Origin: Gammaproteobacteria bacterium
GTDB lineage: Bacteria; Pseudomonadota; Gammaproteobacteria; HK1
Length of the DNA stretch: 64,000 bases
Assembly (NCBI GenBank): GCA_965215295.1
Contig: OZ244045.1
Span: 1,581,518-1,645,517 of the forward strand
Direction of reading: 5' to 3'
Of this stretch, positions 56,160-64,000 are shown piece by piece. The notes under the pieces were generated by a model, which worked only from the letters and a program-made list of their open reading frames with translations, did no database searches and had not been told where the DNA came from. A program made the translations under genes and the position numbers. Position 1 is the stretch's first letter. Every line of letters begins with the position of its first letter.

Positions 56160-57686
56160 TCAGTCCCCGGCGAGCGCCTGATCGAGGATCCGGCCCGGAT
56201 CGGTCCAGCCCGTCTCGTCCTGGATGTCCCGGCAACGTTCGAGGATCGGAGCGAATCCGGGGCCGGGGGACAGCCCGCGCTCGATCAGGTGCCGGCCGAG
56301 GACCACGTCGCGCGGCGCGGCGCGGTCGACGCGACAGGCGCGGGCGGCGGCGAGGAAGGCGTCGCCGGCGTCGAAGCGGCCGGCGAGCGCGTCGGCGGTG
56401 GTGCGCCCGAGGTGGTCGGCGCGCGCGACCCTCACGAGCAGCTCGACGCTCACGCCGGCGCGTTCGAGCTTGCGGGCGAGGCGCCGGTAGCCTTTCGCGG
56501 TCGCGCCGTTCCTGATGAACGAGGCCGGCGCAAGGTGGTGCTCGACGAGCGCCGCAACCTGGTCGGTGAGCGCGCCCGGCGCCCGCATCCGCCCGAGCAG
56601 CGCGCGGGTCGGCACGATCCCTTCGACATCGTGCCGGAGGGAGCGGATCCGGCCATCGATCAGGGCAGTGGTGCCCGGCTTGCCGAGGTCGTGGCAGAGC
56701 GCACCGAACATCAGTGCGAGATCCTCACCGGCGCCGTCGCGCGGGAGAGCCGTCGTCGATCGAATCGTGCGCTCCGGGTCGTCCTCGCCGGCGTCGGCGC
56801 CGTGCGGGGACGCCGGTGTCGTCATCGGCCGGTCCACGCACTCCGCATCGTCCTCCCCGGTGCCGTCGCGGCCGATGCCGTCTCCGGCGCGCAGGGAGGC
56901 CGCCACGTCCAGGACCATGAGGGTGTGCACCCATACGTCACCTTCCGGGTGCCACTCGGGGTCCTGGGGGACGCCGCGCAGCGCGTCGAGCTCGGGGAAG
57001 GAGCGGAGCTGGCCGGTATCCTCCAGCACCTTGAAGCCGAGCGAAGGCTTCGCCGCGCGCAGCAGCAGCTTCCTGAACTCTTCGAACACCCGCTCACCGG
57101 ACAGCTCGCTCAGGTCCAGGGTCCGGCACAGCGCGATCAGCTCGTCGTCCGGCGCCATCTCGAGCCGGGCCGCGAGCTGGGCGACGCGCAAGCCGCGCAG
57201 CGGGTCCTCGGGGAAGTGCGCCGGATCGGTCGCGCGCAGCACGCGACGCTCCAGATCCCTGCGCCCGCCGTGCGGGTCCAGCACCTCGGCGGTGAGCGGA
57301 TCGATCCCGATGCTGTTCACGGTGAGGTCGCGGCGCCGTGCGGCCTCGGCGAAATCGAGCGACGGGTCCGGAGCCACGTCGAAGCCGCGATGGCCGGGGC
57401 CGCGCTTGCTGTCGCGCCGCGGGAGCGAGAAGTCCATGTCGAGGTCGCCGACCCGGAACACGCCGAAGGCGCGTCCGACCGCGTGCACCTTGCCGAAACC
57501 CCCGAGAAGGGATTCGAGCCGCTCCGCATCGAGGCCGAACACTTCGATGTCGATGTCCTTCGAGTACACGCCGAGGAGGCAATCGCGTACCCAGCCGCCC
57601 ACGACGATGGCCCGGCCGCCCGCGTCACGCACGGCGGCCGCGATGTCGCCGATCGCGGGATCGAGCATCGGGCGGGGATCGGTCAT
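56160..57686 (-). CDS. cca: CCA-adding tRNA nucleotidyltransferase with HD domain
   Basis: GGWVRDCLLG...DIDIE head domain, RRDLTVNS, HD motif LCHDLGKP. About 55-aa acidic insertion inside the HD domain. Confidence 0.85.
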   Translation of the reverse strand: MTDPRPMLDPAIGDIAAAVRDAGGRAIVVGGWVRDCLLGVYSKDIDIEVFGLDAERLESLLGGFGKVHAVGRAFGVFRVGDLDMDFSLPRRDSKRGPGHRGFDVAPDPSLDFAEAARRRDLTVNSIGIDPLTAEVLDPHGGRRDLERRVLRATDPAHFPEDPLRGLRVAQLAARLEMAPDDELIALCRTLDLSELSGERVFEEFRKLLLRAAKPSLGFKVLEDTGQLRSFPELDALRGVPQDPEWHPEGDVWVHTLMVLDVAASLRAGDGIGRDGTGEDDAECVDRPMTTPASPHGADAGEDDPERTIRSTTALPRDGAGEDLALMFGALCHDLGKPGTTALIDGRIRSLRHDVEGIVPTRALLGRMRAPGALTDQVAALVEHHLAPASFIRNGATAKGYRRLARKLERAGVSVELLVRVARADHLGRTTADALAGRFDAGDAFLAAARACRVDRAAPRDVVLGRHLIERGLSPGPGFAPILERCRDIQDETGWTDPGRILDQALAGD

Positions 57687-57878
57687 CGCAGTCGCTGCTC
57701 CCGGGTGTTTCGCATCCGTGATCGGTCAGGGCTCCATGGATGCCCGCTCTCGTGAACACGGGGAACGGGGACCCATCGGATCGGGTCGCGAATCCGGTCG
57801 ACGGCCATGCGGCCCGGACCGGTGGGGCCGGCAGTCCGCCCGGACCCACGTGGGAATCCATGGATTGGGTCGGTGACT

Positions 57879-58066
57879 GTACAAGCGCAGACTCCATTGG
57901 CCGAACACGGATGCGACGATCTGGTATGGACGCTGGCCGTGGTCGTGAAGCAGGTACAGCGCGGACCCCATTGGCCGGACACGGATGCGGCGACCTGGTA
58001 TGGACGCTGGCCGTGGTCGTGAAGCAGGTACAGCGCAGACCCGTTGGCCGGACACGGATGCGGCGC
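57879..58066. repeat. 75-bp tandem repeat (2.5 copies) between cca and the aminotransferase gene
   Basis: GTACA(A)GCGC...CATTGGCCG units begin at 57879, 57954 and 58028. Confidence 0.9.
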
Positions 58067-58089
58067 TGCGCGCGGCTCGGGCGGCGGGC

Positions 58090-59232
58090 TCAGGCCGCGG
58101 CGGGGAGCACCCGCGCAAGCGCGGCGAAGAGCCGGTCGACGTCCGCATCGGTGTTGTACAGATGGGGCGTGACGCGCACCGAGCTTCCGCGCACGCTCAC
58201 GTAGACCTTCTCGCGCGCGAGCGCATCGAGCAGGCCGGGCGGGACGCCCTCCGCGAACCGGAGCCCCAGGAAGTGCCCGGCCCGCAGCTCCGTCGGCTGC
58301 GAGCCGAGGCCGATCGCCCGCGCCCGGTCGGCGATGGCCGCGGTGCGCGCGCTCAGGGTGCTCGCAACGTTCTCGACTCCCCAGGCGAGGACCTGCTCCA
58401 GCGCGGCGATCGCCATCGGCGCCAGATGGAAGTTCGCCGGCTCGCCCATGTCGTAGCGCCGGGCGCCGGGCGCGTACTCGTCGCGGTAGTCGACGAGGCG
58501 GGCGAAGTCCTCCGAGCCCGCGCGCGGGGCCCAGCCGTACTCCAGCGGCTCGCCGTCGTGGTGGTCCGGGTGGACGTAGAGGAACCCGAACGTATACGGC
58601 CCCATCAGCCACTTGTAGCACGCCGCCGCCGCGAAGGCGGGCCGCACTCTCGCGACGTCGATCGGCAGGGCGCCGGCGGACTGCGTGAGGTCGAGCACGA
58701 GTGCCGCGCCGACCGCGCGCACGCGCTCGCCAATCGCGTCGAGGTCGAGCAGCGCGCCGTCGGTCCAGCGGCAGTGCGGCAACGCGGCGATGGCGGTGCG
58801 CTCGTCGATCGCGGCGAGGACCGCGGCGGTCAGGTCCCCGTCGGGAGCATCGACGGTGACGATCCCGGCGCCTTCGCGCGCCGCCGCCGCACGCCACGGA
58901 TAGAGGTTCGACGGGAACTGGTCCGCGAGCACCACGATGGTCTGTCCGGCCGCGAGCGGCAGGTTGCGGGCCGCCGCCGACATGCCGTAGCTCGCGGCCG
59001 GGACGATCGCGATGTCTTCCGCGCGGGCGTTGACGACGCGCGCGAAGAGGCCGCGGGCATGGGCGAGATCGGAGAAGAAGTCGGGGGCCGCGATCTCCCA
59101 CGGGCGCGCCTTGCGCCGTACCCCCCGAACCCCCGCTTCGACCACCGGGCGCATGAGCGGCGCCATGTACGCGCAGTTGAGGTACGCGACGTCGTCGGGC
59201 AGATCGAAGAGGTGGCGCTGGTTTGCAATCAT
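58090..59232 (-). CDS. aminotransferase class V-fold PLP-dependent enzyme
   Basis: 380 aa. LNCAYMAP N-terminus and LDLTQSAGALPIDV...ACYKWL (PLP lysine context). Confidence 0.85.
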   Translation of the reverse strand: MIANQRHLFDLPDDVAYLNCAYMAPLMRPVVEAGVRGVRRKARPWEIAAPDFFSDLAHARGLFARVVNARAEDIAIVPAASYGMSAAARNLPLAAGQTIVVLADQFPSNLYPWRAAAAREGAGIVTVDAPDGDLTAAVLAAIDERTAIAALPHCRWTDGALLDLDAIGERVRAVGAALVLDLTQSAGALPIDVARVRPAFAAAACYKWLMGPYTFGFLYVHPDHHDGEPLEYGWAPRAGSEDFARLVDYRDEYAPGARRYDMGEPANFHLAPMAIAALEQVLAWGVENVASTLSARTAAIADRARAIGLGSQPTELRAGHFLGLRFAEGVPPGLLDALAREKVYVSVRGSSVRVTPHLYNTDADVDRLFAALARVLPAAA

Positions 59233-59446
59233 GGTGCCTGGGCTCCTTCACTCGTCGTGGCTGCGGCCGTTCGCGGGCCTGCGAGCCGGGCCGGCTCGCG
59301 AACCCGCGCCCGGCTTCTTCACCGCGACCCGGAACACTGCCTGCCCGAAGGATGATTCGCAACGCCGCCGGCGTGATGCGTCCGTCGATCGTGGCCCGGT
59401 GGTGCCGTTCCCGCATCTGGCGCCCGGCCGGAAGGGCCCACTCCGG

Positions 59447-59712
59447 CGCCCCGGGCACGGCCCCGGAAGGCAATTGCGCGCCGGTCGACGGTGCGGGCTC
59501 ACCCTGACGCCCCGGGCGCGGCCCCGGAAGACAGTTGCGCGCCGGTCGGCGGTGCGGGCTCACCCTGACGCCCCGGGCACGGCCCCGGAAGGCAATTGCG
59601 CGCCGGTCGGCGGTGCGGGTTCGCTCCGGCGCCCCGGGCACGGCCCCGGAAGGCGGTTGCGCGCCAGTCAGTGGTGCGGGCTGGCCTTGGCGCCCCGGGC
59701 GCGGCCGTCTCC
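59447..59712. repeat. 61-bp tandem repeat (4.3 copies)
   Basis: CGCCCCGGGC(A/G)CGGCCCCGGAAG recurs at 59447, 59508, 59569, 59630 and 59691. Confidence 0.95.
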
Positions 59713-59725
59713 GCGGCGGCCGGCC

Positions 59726-61981
59726 CTACGGCGCCGTCCCGTCGAAGACGTAGATCGGGCTCGACCAGATCTGGTGCCCGTCCTCGCAGACGATGTAGAC
59801 GTAGAGCGCGTTGTCGACACCCTTCTCGAGCGTGACCCGGCGCTCGATCCCGACCCTCGTGTGGGGGTTGTCGTCGGGCATGCGGAACACCCGGATGCGG
59901 CGCTGGATGCCGCCGGCGTCGTGGACGACGTCCTCGCGGCCGATGTCCGCGATCGGGATCGCGGCCTTGACCAGGGCGGTGTCGATGCGCAGGGTGCCGG
60001 CGCGCGGGTCGGCGAGCCAGGCATCGAAGCCGCCGAAGCCGCCGGTGGTGAGCGCGGTCCACTCGACCGCGTCCGGCGCGGTCTGCTCGAACCGCTTGTC
60101 GAGGTTGTAGTGGTTGATCGGTGCGAGCCGCTCGAAGGCGTTGCCTTCGAGGGTGGCGCCGCCGTCCCAGATCGTCTGCCGGCCGCGCCCGCGGTACTCC
60201 GAACCCTCCCAGACGACCCGGATGCGGCGGCCGAGGTCCGCTTCGGCGAACGGCCGGAACACTTCCAGGGTCTTCAGGGCGTTGCGGATCTCGATGCGTT
60301 CGATCGGCGCCTGCGTCACCGCCTCGATCGTGAACGTCACCTGCGCGTCGTCCGAACGGACCACGTCGCCCATCATCGCCTCCCGCGCCATCTCGCTCGT
60401 GGTCGGACCCAGGTTCGGATCGTCGGAGAAGCGCTCCGCGTCGTTGTCGAACCGCGCGCGGGTGTCGAGGAGCATCCGGCAGCCGGTGGTGCCGTAGAAG
60501 TGGCGCGCCCGGAAGCAGTCCGCGAGCGCCTGGCGCGTGAGGTCCGTGGCCAGCAGGCAGGTGAGGCCCCCGTAGGCGCCGAAGGACGTCGCGCCGGGAT
60601 GGCTCGCGCCGGGCCGGCCCTTGTGCCCGTCGCTGTTCGCGCAGATGCCGACCCGGTAGCCCTGCTCCATCGCGTCGTGCACCAGCCACTCGAACGTGCC
60701 CCACGCGGAGTGCACCTCCACCGCGCGCTCGAGGCGCGCATCGTGGCTCATCCTGATGTCCGCGTACCGCCCGCCGATATGGGCGAACACCACGCAGTCC
60801 TCGTCCTTGAGGGCTTCGAACAGGTCCTCGGCGGAGTTGGCGTCGGTCTCGAGGTCGGAGAGGTCGTCGACCAGTGCGTGCGAGGAGCGGTGGATCTGGC
60901 GACCCTCGTCGAGGAAGAGCACGTTGCGGTCGCCACCCAGCCCGGTGTTGCCCGACCACTCGTAGCCGGGGAACGCGATGAACCGCCCGTCGTCGTTGAA
61001 CTCGGCGGTGAGGTCGTTCAGGTGGTTCCAGAACGCGGTGGTGATCTGGAAGTCGTTGCCCTGGTGGCTGCACACGTCGAGGAACGCCCGGTCGCGCGCG
61101 AACTCGAAGAATTCGCGGGCGGAGTTGGTTCCGATGGTCTCCTCGGACTGGCCGTGCAGATCGCCCCAGTACGGCTTCAGCGTCATCGATTCCGAGATGC
61201 GCAGCGGGTTCGAGCGGGCGAGCACGGCGCCGTCGGGACCGAGCATCTCGATCCGGAGGTCGCCCGGTGCTCCGACCGAGAGATCGTCGACCACCACCGC
61301 GAACCCGCCCGGCGTGAACCGCACCGTTTCGGGCAACCCGCCGACCGGCAGGTTCGAGCGCAGGCTCGCCACCAGATCGCACTGGTCGCTCGGATTGCCC
61401 CAAGGATCCTCGCCCTTCAGGCACAGGCGGAACCGCTCTCCGGCGACCCGCTCGGTGGGCAGGACCGCCTTCCACCGCACCGGCGGCGCGGGAACGATGG
61501 CGATCTCCGGCTGCACCGGCAGCTCGACGTAGTTGCAGGTGGCGATGGCGTCGACCAGCACCCGGAACTCGAACGTCGATTCGCAGAACGTCTGCAGCCG
61601 CATCCCCGGCGACCCCTGCCGCGGGTCGCCGAAGCGCACGATGATCCGGTCCCCCTCGCGCAGGAACCCGCGCACCACCTGGATGTAGAGCGTCTTGTCC
61701 CACGGGCGGATGTTCATCTTCCCCTCGTAGCGCACGTCGAGCACCGCTCCGTTGCTCGCCTCCGCGGTGACGTAGTTGGGCGCGCCCGGGTCGTCGAATT
61801 GCGGCTTGCCCATGTCGCCCGCGAACCGGTGCGCGATCTTGATGCTGCCGGTGTCGTCGATGCCGAAGTAGCCGGCGGTGTAGGTGAGGGTGAAGGATTG
61901 GAACGACCCCGCTTCGAAGCGTCCCGTGGGGTCGATGACGGCGTTGCCCATGCGGTGGGGCAGGTACGTGGAATGGGGCAT
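59726..61981 (-). CDS. DUF3604 domain protein (PHP-like metal-dependent hydrolase fold)
   Basis: Trimmed to ATG 61981 after GGAGAC. 751 aa. YWGDLHGQSE...HQGNDF...FPGYEWSGN...SDGHKGRPGAS fits my memory of DUF3604. Confidence 0.8.
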   Translation of the reverse strand: MPHSTYLPHRMGNAVIDPTGRFEAGSFQSFTLTYTAGYFGIDDTGSIKIAHRFAGDMGKPQFDDPGAPNYVTAEASNGAVLDVRYEGKMNIRPWDKTLYIQVVRGFLREGDRIIVRFGDPRQGSPGMRLQTFCESTFEFRVLVDAIATCNYVELPVQPEIAIVPAPPVRWKAVLPTERVAGERFRLCLKGEDPWGNPSDQCDLVASLRSNLPVGGLPETVRFTPGGFAVVVDDLSVGAPGDLRIEMLGPDGAVLARSNPLRISESMTLKPYWGDLHGQSEETIGTNSAREFFEFARDRAFLDVCSHQGNDFQITTAFWNHLNDLTAEFNDDGRFIAFPGYEWSGNTGLGGDRNVLFLDEGRQIHRSSHALVDDLSDLETDANSAEDLFEALKDEDCVVFAHIGGRYADIRMSHDARLERAVEVHSAWGTFEWLVHDAMEQGYRVGICANSDGHKGRPGASHPGATSFGAYGGLTCLLATDLTRQALADCFRARHFYGTTGCRMLLDTRARFDNDAERFSDDPNLGPTTSEMAREAMMGDVVRSDDAQVTFTIEAVTQAPIERIEIRNALKTLEVFRPFAEADLGRRIRVVWEGSEYRGRGRQTIWDGGATLEGNAFERLAPINHYNLDKRFEQTAPDAVEWTALTTGGFGGFDAWLADPRAGTLRIDTALVKAAIPIADIGREDVVHDAGGIQRRIRVFRMPDDNPHTRVGIERRVTLEKGVDNALYVYIVCEDGHQIWSSPIYVFDGTAP

Positions 61982-62324
61982 GGCGGGGGTCTCCAGGCAG
62001 GGCTCGTCCGTGACGGACCGGGAGGGTACCGGCAATCGCGTTCGCGGACACGCTCGCGCCGGCGGGCGGATGCGGCGGAGGCGCGGTACGGGCTCTCCCC
62101 GCTCGGGGACGCCGGCAAGCCGGTCGACTGCGTCATCGCAGTGCCGAGCGAAGGCGGTGACGTCTCGACGAGGTAGCGGGACGGAGCCGGCGGCGAAGCG
62201 GGCGAAAGCACGGCGCAATGTCCGACGCGACCCGGTCACGTGCGATGCCGTCCGTGGTACACGGGGTGAAACATGGCCCGGAGCACGGGGAAACCGCCTG
62301 CAAAACGAACCGTTGAAGAAATGA

Positions 62325-62414
62325 TGGCGGAGAGGGAGGGATTCGAACCCCCGGTCCCCCGGAAGGGACAACTGATTTCGAGTCAGCCCCGTTCGGCCGC
62401 TCCGGCACCTCTCC
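62325..62414 (-). tRNA. tRNA-Ser (anticodon CGA), CCA encoded
   Basis: GGAGAGGTGCCGGAGCGG...GCTGACTCGAAATCAGT...long variable arm...GGGGGTTCGAATCCCTCCCTCTCCGCCA. 7-bp acceptor, anticodon loop CUCGAAA, T-loop GTTCGAATC. Confidence 0.9.
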
Positions 62415-62448
62415 GGGCGCGAAACGGACGTCCCGCGCGAGGGGCTGT

Positions 62449-62477
62449 ATTGTAGGCAATCGGCGGTCCCGCGGGAA
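62449..62477 (-). promoter_or_regulatory. candidate promoter for tRNA-Ser
   Basis: TACAAT (-10) at 62454-62449 on the minus strand, about 35 nt upstream of the mature 5-prime end. Weak -35 TTCCCG. Confidence 0.3.
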
Positions 62478-62590
62478 CGTCCGGAACATCGACGACTCGT
62501 CCATGCATCGATGCCGTGGAGGTGAACGGTCTCATGTCGGCGCACGGGAATGTCCGGGATTTCGACGACTCGTCCATGCGTGCCGATGCA
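62473..62590. repeat. 73-bp-period direct repeat upstream of tRNA-Ser
   Basis: GGGAA(C/T)GTCCGG(A/G)A..TCGACGACTCGTCCATGC at 62473 and 62546. Confidence 0.75.
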
Positions 62591-62742
62591 CGCATCCGGT
62601 GCCGGGAACGGCGCCGATTCCGCGATCGATGCCCGGGAGCCCGTGGATGCGGTGACGGTGCATGACGGCCACATGGAGGGCGGCGCGCGCCGGAATCCCG
62701 CTCGCGGCACCGGTGGGTGTCCGGACGGCACGGACCCGCGGA

Positions 62743-63495
62743 TCAGTCCGCTGCGGGTCGGTCTGCTGCGGGTCGGTCCGCTGCGGGTCGGTCTGCTGCG
62801 GGTCGGTCCGCTGCGGGTCGGTCCGCTGCGGGTCGCCCCGGCGCCGGCGCTTCGATCAGCACCCTGGTGCCCGCCTCCACCCGGTCGAACAGATCGATGA
62901 CGTCGTCGTTGCGCATGCGGATGCAGCCATGGGAGCCGGGGCGCGTGATGTCGACGTCGTCCGGACAGCCGTGGATGTAGATGTAGCGGCGCATGGTGTC
63001 GACGCGGCCCAGGCGGTTCCGGCCGGGCTCGGTGCCGGAGAGCCACAGGATCCGGGTGAGGATCCAGTCGCGCCCGGGGTGCGCGGCCCCGAGCGCCGGC
63101 GTGTGGCGTTCACCCGTCGGTCTCCGGCCGACGAAGACGGTGCCCGGATCGGCGCCGGCGCCGATCCGGGCGCGGATCACGTGCCATCCCCGCGGAGTGC
63201 ATTCACTGCCTTCCTGCTCGCCGGGGCCGTTGGCGGCGGTGGACACGGGATAGGTCCTGCGCACCTCGCCGTGTACGTACAGCTCCAGGCGCTGGCGATC
63301 GATGTCGATGTGCACGAGGGTGCCGGCCGCGCGAGCGTGTTCCGGAGCGTGGCTGGCCCGGGCATTCGTGCCTCCCGCTTGCGCGAGGGCGCCGTGCGCA
63401 CCGGCGCGTTCCGGAGCGGGCGCCGGCTCCGGGCATTCCGCGCCGGAGGCAGCGCGAAAGGCGGCAGCGAACTTCTTCGAGGTCTTGTTCGGCAT
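62743..63495 (-). CDS. L,D-transpeptidase (YkuD domain) with C-terminal (RPAAD)x6 tail
   Basis: Trimmed to ATG 63495. YIYIHGCPDD...GSHGCIRMRNDDV is the YkuD catalytic His/Cys motif. 250 aa. Confidence 0.85.
   Translation of the reverse strand: MPNKTSKKFAAAFRAASGAECPEPAPAPERAGAHGALAQAGGTNARASHAPEHARAAGTLVHIDIDRQRLELYVHGEVRRTYPVSTAANGPGEQEGSECTPRGWHVIRARIGAGADPGTVFVGRRPTGERHTPALGAAHPGRDWILTRILWLSGTEPGRNRLGRVDTMRRYIYIHGCPDDVDITRPGSHGCIRMRNDDVIDLFDRVEAGTRVLIEAPAPGRPAADRPAADRPAADRPAADRPAADRPAAD
62746..62835. repeat. 15-bp tandem repeat x6, in frame, immediately before the stop codon
   Basis: GTC(C/T)GCTGCGGGTCG x6, encoding RPAAD x6. Confidence 0.95.
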
Positions 63496-63763
63496 CCGGG
63501 GCTGTCCCGTGTGGTCGCCGGATACGCGCCACGGAGCGCCGACGACACCGGTCCATTGTCCGGCAATCCCTCCGGACGGGCCAGCCGGCCCGGGACCATG
63601 CAACGATCGAGCACACGGGGTCCGCCGCACCCGCGGGAGCACCGGCCGCAAGTCGAGGTCCTGTTGGACACGCAGAGGTAGCCGTGTCCACCGCACCCGC
63701 GGGCGCACCGGCCGCAGGCGGCGATGCCACGGGACGGTCGTGGACACCGCGGCACCGGCGGGA

Positions 63764-63990
63764 CGCTTCGTGCACGTACCGAATTTCCGGTCACCACCCG
63801 GTCCGAAGCCTCGCCCGCCGCGGGATGGCTTCGTGCGCATACCGATCTCCATTCGGTGAGCGTACCCCCGGGGTATCGCGACAGGACGCTCCGTGCGCAT
63901 ACCGATCTCCGGTCACCACCCGGTCCGGAACCTCGCCCGCCGCGGGACGCTTCGTGCGCGTACCGATCTCCACGTGGCCGTGGCATCCCC
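63764..63990. repeat. about 61-bp tandem repeat (3.7 copies) running to the window edge
   Basis: C(T/G)CT(T/C)CGTGC(A/G)C(G/A)TACCGA units at about 63765, 63828, 63887 and 63948. Confidence 0.8.
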
Positions 63991-64000
63991 GGCCTGGAAG

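Noticed and set aside
61982-62324. Possible small gene or sRNA between DUF3604 and tRNA-Ser
   Set aside because: There is no ORF with an RBS, no obvious conserved structure and no terminator, so nothing can be supported from sequence alone.

Overview
High-GC proteobacterial chromosome segment. The gene order (hemC-hemD, gshB-tonB-yqgE, polA, dxs) looks gammaproteobacterial, but the taxon cannot be fixed from sequence alone. Most long ORFs in the track are off-frame or antisense GC artefacts, and the track translates GTG/TTG starts as M. I chose real genes by family motifs, RBS and start context, and translational coupling. Core content: a Liv-type ABC importer with an acyl-CoA synthetase; a larA/larC-larE-larB nickel-pincer cofactor cluster next to a DMGDH-like flavoenzyme; polA; dxs; ptsI-HPr fused into a hemCD operon; gshB-tonB-yqgE; CoA ligases and hydrolases; oligopeptidase B; UxaA dehydratase; CCA enzyme; DUF3604; tRNA-Ser(CGA); an L,D-transpeptidase. 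Accessory content, with visibly lower GC by eye: a NotI-family restriction-modification island between hemC and gshB; a second R-M cassette that truncates a vapC toxin; a decayed toxin-antitoxin patch; an orphan AAA+ ATPase with a coupled small ORF; a low-GC small-ORF/lipoprotein cassette. Main hunt results: (1) two track ORFs join across an in-frame TGA into a UGSC-motif selenoprotein, with a hairpin just downstream, in a minus-strand gene run with a thioredoxin-fusion protein and an LLM oxidoreductase; (2) locus-specific tandem duplications (15-214 bp units) recur at gene ends and starts, often copying the stop or start codon, and sometimes lie in frame inside genes. No integrase, transposase, CRISPR array or rRNA was seen.
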